Shown here: one piece after another, positions 59,547 through 64,000 of the stretch
How the letters are laid out: each line of letters opens with the position of its first letter
How positions within the stretch are numbered: position 1 is the stretch's first letter
Source of the DNA: the human T2T-CHM13v2.0 reference genome, Homo sapiens
Length of the DNA stretch: 64,000 bases
Strand: one strand, 5' to 3'
Assembly: GCF_009914755.1 (NCBI RefSeq)
Contig: NC_060925.1
The notes under the pieces: model-generated
Database searches by the model: none
What the model was told of the DNA's origin: nothing
Seen by the model: only the letters and a program-made list of their open reading frames with translations
Position numbers and translations under genes: made by a program

Positions 59547-61287
59547 TGATGGTAGTGGCCATTCCAGACGACCCACTGCTACCATCACACCAGCTGCAGT
59601 GAGGAGGAATGGCCGGGCCTGCACACTCCACAGAGCAGGGAGAAGACCCCACCCGCCCCACCCGCCATGCTCTCCCCAACCCACCATGCAGCTGCAGACC
59701 CAGGCACCTGCAGCCTCCCAAACCATGGCTGCAGACCTGGGACTCCTGCTCCACGAAGCAGGTGGGAGCCCCACCTGCCTGGGCACAGCTGCAGCTGACC
59801 AAACCACAGCTGTGGACCCAGACATCCCTGCACTTTGGGGGGCCCAGGAAGGCCCCTGACTGCCCTCACAGTCTCAGAAATGCCTGCTTCAGCTGCCTGG
59901 CTTCTCTCTGCTATCGATGCCCACTCCGACCTGGGAGCAAAGTCAGGGCTGAGTCCGGGCACCATGAACAGCAGCAGGAGGCAGGCAGGTTCCTGGGCGG
60001 ATGGGGCCTGGTCACCAGTGAGGCCCCATTGTCAAGCCAGGAAGGGCCTGAAGGCTGGGGGCTGGGCTGCCAGTTCCGGGGCATGGAGTGGAAACTTGTG
60101 GTGCCTTTTCCGGCCCACCCATGGCCACCTATGGACCAATCAGTGCAAACTTCCTCCCCTCTGAGGCCTGTAAATGCCCCAGGCTCAGTCAGAGCTGAGC
60201 AGACTGGGACAACCAGCTGCAGAGAGGAGCTACCCACTCCAGGGTCTCCTCTCTAGACTGAGAGCTGCAGAGATGGTACTACCAGCTGCAGAGGGGAGCA
60301 TCCCACTCTGGGGCCTCCTCTCTGCTGACAGAACAGACAGATGATGGGACGACCAGCTGCAGAGAGGAGCTACCCTCTCTGCCTAGAGCTGCAGATGATG
60401 GGACGACCTGCCTGCAGAGAACAGTCTCTTACTCTAGGGCCTCCTCTCTGCCAAGAGCTGGAGACAACGGAACAACTAGCCAAACAGAGAAGCTACCCTC
60501 TCTGCTGAGAACTGAACACTCGTTGGGATGACCTACCAGCAGAGGGGAGCAAGTCTCTCTGCTAAGGAGCTGAACGCTCATTGGGACATCCTGGCTACGG
60601 AGAGGACCTGCCCACTGTGGGTTTTCTCTGAGTTGTTCTATTGCTCAGTAAAGCTCCTCTTCATCCTGCTCACCCTCCACATTGCATACCTCATTCTTCC
60701 TGGTCACAGGACAAGAACTCAGGACCCACCGAATGGTGAGGCTAAAAGAGTTACTGTAACACAAACAGGGCTAAAACATGCCCCTTGCTCGCCACGTTGT
60801 GGGCAAAGAGAAGGAGAAAGGAGCTGCAACCCTTCGGGTAGCCCAGACCTGGGAGATCCCTGAGCCAGGGCTGTGAGCCCTTCTTTGGGGCCCTGTGGTT
60901 CCTGGCATCTCCAAGTTTCCGGGATGTCACCACATTCCCCGGTGCCAGACGGGAAAGCTGCTTGCAGTGAACCCGGTCCAGCCACAGCCTCACAGAGAGC
61001 TGGTGCTCACGCCAGCACCTGGAGCTGCCCACACCATAGCAGCAGCTGGTGTGTCTGACCGCACAGTGGGCGGACCCCACGTTTGCTGACACACACCCCT
61101 CACCACTCCATGCCTGACTCCAGACTCCCTTTGAAGCACAGGATCCAGGCTGGTAGCATGAGCTGAGCGCAGCCTGCCAGGGCGAGTGGGTGGAACAAGC
61201 CCAGCAGGTCCAAGCAAAACTCAGGCAAGGGCACCACCAGTCACATGTTTCCGGCCAGAAAAGTGACACCCCAAAGACCCCATGACA
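59547..61287 (+). mobile_element. MER52-family ERV1 solo LTR
   Basis: TG...CA termini (tgatggtagtggcc...ccatgaca); characteristic internal accagctgcagagaggagctaccc repeats; near-TSD atat/gtat. Confidence 0.9.
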
Positions 61288-61574
61288 GTATGACTTATAT
61301 CCTGTTATATTGTCTCATCACAATTCACATAGGGTTGAATCTGCTATTTTGACTGTTTGTGATGTTTTGGCTAGCATCTGAACAGATGGGCAGTTTTTCT
61401 TCAGTATGACTATTTGCCAACAATTGGAAGGGTGTAAAACTCATTCTCAGAGCAACCCAAACATAACTACAAGGAGTCTAACAGATAAAATATCCACTGT
61501 TGTATTCAGAAATCCTGTATAAAGTGACAGTGAATTAAAAGAACACTTTGGTAATGTGGTTAAATGAATGCTAC

Positions 61575-61950
61575 TAATAATCTTAATAGAACTGGAAATT
61601 TGTATAGGTATTGTGTTCACATTCATCTGATTATCATAGCTCTAAGAAATAGATATTACAGGTATTATTACGGACTTTATTATCGACAAGGAACAAAGCA
61701 CAGAGAGATCCATATTACAGAAAATGGACTGAACTCAGAAATAAGAACAGGATTTGAGCCGATCTGTGCCTCATTAGCTGTGTAATCTTAAACAAGTAAC
61801 TTAATTTCTCACAGCCTCCATCGCCTCATTTGAACACGCAAGCACAGTGAGACCTAACTCACAAGGTCCTCCTGAGAATTATATAAAATATATAAAAGTT
61901 ACCAGCAAGAGCTCCTGTCATAGAGTAGATTCTTCATGAATATATCCTTC
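61575..61950. mobile_element. Two MIR fragments in opposite orientation
   Basis: tattattacggactttattatcgacaaggaacaaagcacagagag (-) followed by gctgtgtaatcttaaacaagtaacttaatttctcacagcctcc (+). Confidence 0.65.
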
Positions 61951-63439
61951 CTTAATTTATGAAATCCTCCTTGATAAGAAGAAGTCAAAACTTTTATCAT
62001 TACTCTTTTCACAAAGGAGTCAAAGGTGATTTCAATTTAGGGAAAAAGAAAAGTTTAGACCTAAAACATTAATATAAACTGAAGGATGCAAAGAACTCAA
62101 TGTTCTACAATCATACTTCAGTGGCCTCTCATTGTCTCCTGAAGAAATATACAGAATATAATGAGTGGGTCACCATGCAGTTTAGAAGGGGCAGAGTTGT
62201 CCTACAGTAATAATCACAGTACATTTGATGCTAAATCGTATGTGCTCTAATATTATAATTTCACATCTAATACATGAAAATCTTTCCAATGAAGTTAGTT
62301 TATTCCCTATAGCATGAAGATAGATGAAGTTAAATAGTTTATTTCCTATAGCATAAAGATAGCCCTTGACATTCATTGTCACACATTTCCTGTTTCTGAG
62401 ATCAGTAATTTGTAGATTCCTTCCTGAAGGTTCCAGCAAAGAGCTTTTACCCATCTGCCCAACTCCTTTGATTCAAGACGGGAGGGGAACAGAGGTCTCC
62501 TCAGGAAAGAGAGTCTCCTGTACCCAGGGTGAGGAGAAAAGTGGTCATAAGGAAGCCGTGGGGCCACAGATGTATGACCACTCACAACTGATTCAGTGAG
62601 CCAAGAAGACAGCAGTGTTGCCAGAGATGGAAGGTGTTCTCAGAATGCTAACAGGACTTGCTGATGAAGGGGATGGTGGTAGGGGATGACAGAAAGAATT
62701 AATCAAGAGCGATGCCTTGATTTTGGTCCTGAGCACCTGACTGGGAGTAACTACTGAACTGGAAAAGATAGAGGCAGCCTGAGTCTCCTGTAAAATTCAG
62801 ACACCTTCCAATCTCCATAATTCTAGTTTCTTGTTCCTGGACCTCTTGCTTTAGGGAGGCATATAGCACTTTACAAAGTATTTGCTCATTTTGTCATCTT
62901 ATGTATATACTGAAAATGGAGTCAGTGTCACCAGAAAGGACACCTAATACTCCTTGCTTTTCTTATGGACCTACGACTATACTATAGGTGCTGAAGGTAC
63001 CTATACCTATACTATTGGTATTGAAGGGACACAAAGATTTGACCTAACCTTAGAGTCACTTTGTAGGACTACTACCCCTTCTCTGTTTTCCTCCTTCTTC
63101 ATTAACTCTTCCCTTACCTGACAAGCACAGCTGACTGGAATTGTGTACACTAAATGGTCCTTTACAATATGGAATACTTCAGTAATTACAATATGCTGGA
63201 ATTGCTAAATTCTATAATTTCATTTGGATGAACTTAATCACATCATAGCATTCAATTTGGCTTATTTTCAAAATCAGCTTCGTTTATAAACTAAAAAGAA
63301 CTGAAGGATTCTTTTCATTTTCAACACTTCTCATCTGTAAGAGGATTTAGATTCTTCTATTTACAAGCATTCTTCTGAGAATCTTTCATTCTACACACAG
63401 GTTTCTTTGGGGGTTCTGTTTTATCTTTTTTCATACACT

Positions 63440-64000
63440 GCCTACCAGAGAGAACAAGACTGGCAAAAGGACTCTGTCCTCATAAAGCTCAGAGACGATG
63501 AACAGATAAACAAGTAAGTGAACAAAAATACTTCAGATAATGCTAAATCCTCCAAGGAGAATATGATACAGTAGATGTAATGGGAAGCTCCTTTAGACTG
63601 AGTGGTCAGAGAGGACCTTTCTGGGGTGGGGTGTGGCATTTGAACTGTGCCCTGCAGACCGAAGCAGTACAAGCACAGGAATTAGCAACTGCAAGGGCTC
63701 TGTTTGATAATGAACTTGGTAGGTTAAAGGGACAGAAAGAAAGCCAGTGTGGCTGAGGTGTGGTCAAGGGGATGTATCCAAAGTATAGCAATACATCAGA
63801 GAGGAAACCCAGGGGCAGATATATTAGTACTGAAATAGCATAAGGGATTCACACTGTATTCTAGGTGTAATGGAAGTCGATGGAAGGTTTTAAGGGAAGG
63901 TGCAGGGATTACCTAATTCATATTTTAAAAGGTCATTGTGGGCGCCACTGAGAAAGAATATAGAGGAGCAGGAAAGGAAGAAGGAGGAGGAAGGACAGAA
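63440..64000 (-). mobile_element. L2 fragment
   Basis: ggactctgtcctcataaagctc...tttagactgagtggtcagagaggaccttt...gaaagaaagccagtgtggctgagg...tggaaggttttaag. Confidence 0.75.

Noticed and set aside
58465-61269. Dense overlapping ORFs of up to 215 aa
   Set aside because: GC-rich LTR sequence; no gag, pol or env similarity recognised
63108-63135. Recursive-splice-like motif cttgtcag|gtaagg on the minus strand
   Set aside because: Weak polypyrimidine tract; cannot be supported without nascent RNA data

Overview
This is primate, most likely human, genomic DNA. It carries about 23 Alu-family elements (FLAM, AluJ, AluS, AluY) plus L1, L2, MIR, MaLR/ERV1 LTRs and hAT/Tigger DNA transposons. I found no convincing protein-coding exon or CDS; the ORF-track entries are chance ORFs or come from Alu, LTR or VNTR sequence. 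The + strand looks A-rich by eye and the best splice-signal clusters face the - strand, so the window is probably inside a very long intron of a minus-strand gene that I cannot identify. Main content: (1) a 20-unit ~61/63-bp minisatellite expanded from the interior of a Tigger3b transposon; (2) an ~18-unit 60/63-bp minisatellite whose end unit supplies the 3' splice site of a candidate 79-nt minus-strand exon; (3) a CpG-enriched candidate internal promoter with three minus-strand splice donors at ~32.8-33.0 kb; (4) a U6 retropseudogene with target-site duplication (TSD); (5) an apparent L1-mediated retrocopy of a polyadenylated, internally deleted MaLR transcript nested in an AluJ linker; (6) an old ~230-bp diverged local duplication whose second copy has flanking direct repeats; (7) two adjacent ERV1 solo LTRs, each with a G-quadruplex motif. 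I see no evidence for a new multi-gene system. The findings are mechanistic or regulatory candidates. Repeat subfamily names come from recalled consensus sequences, and boundaries of old elements are approximate.
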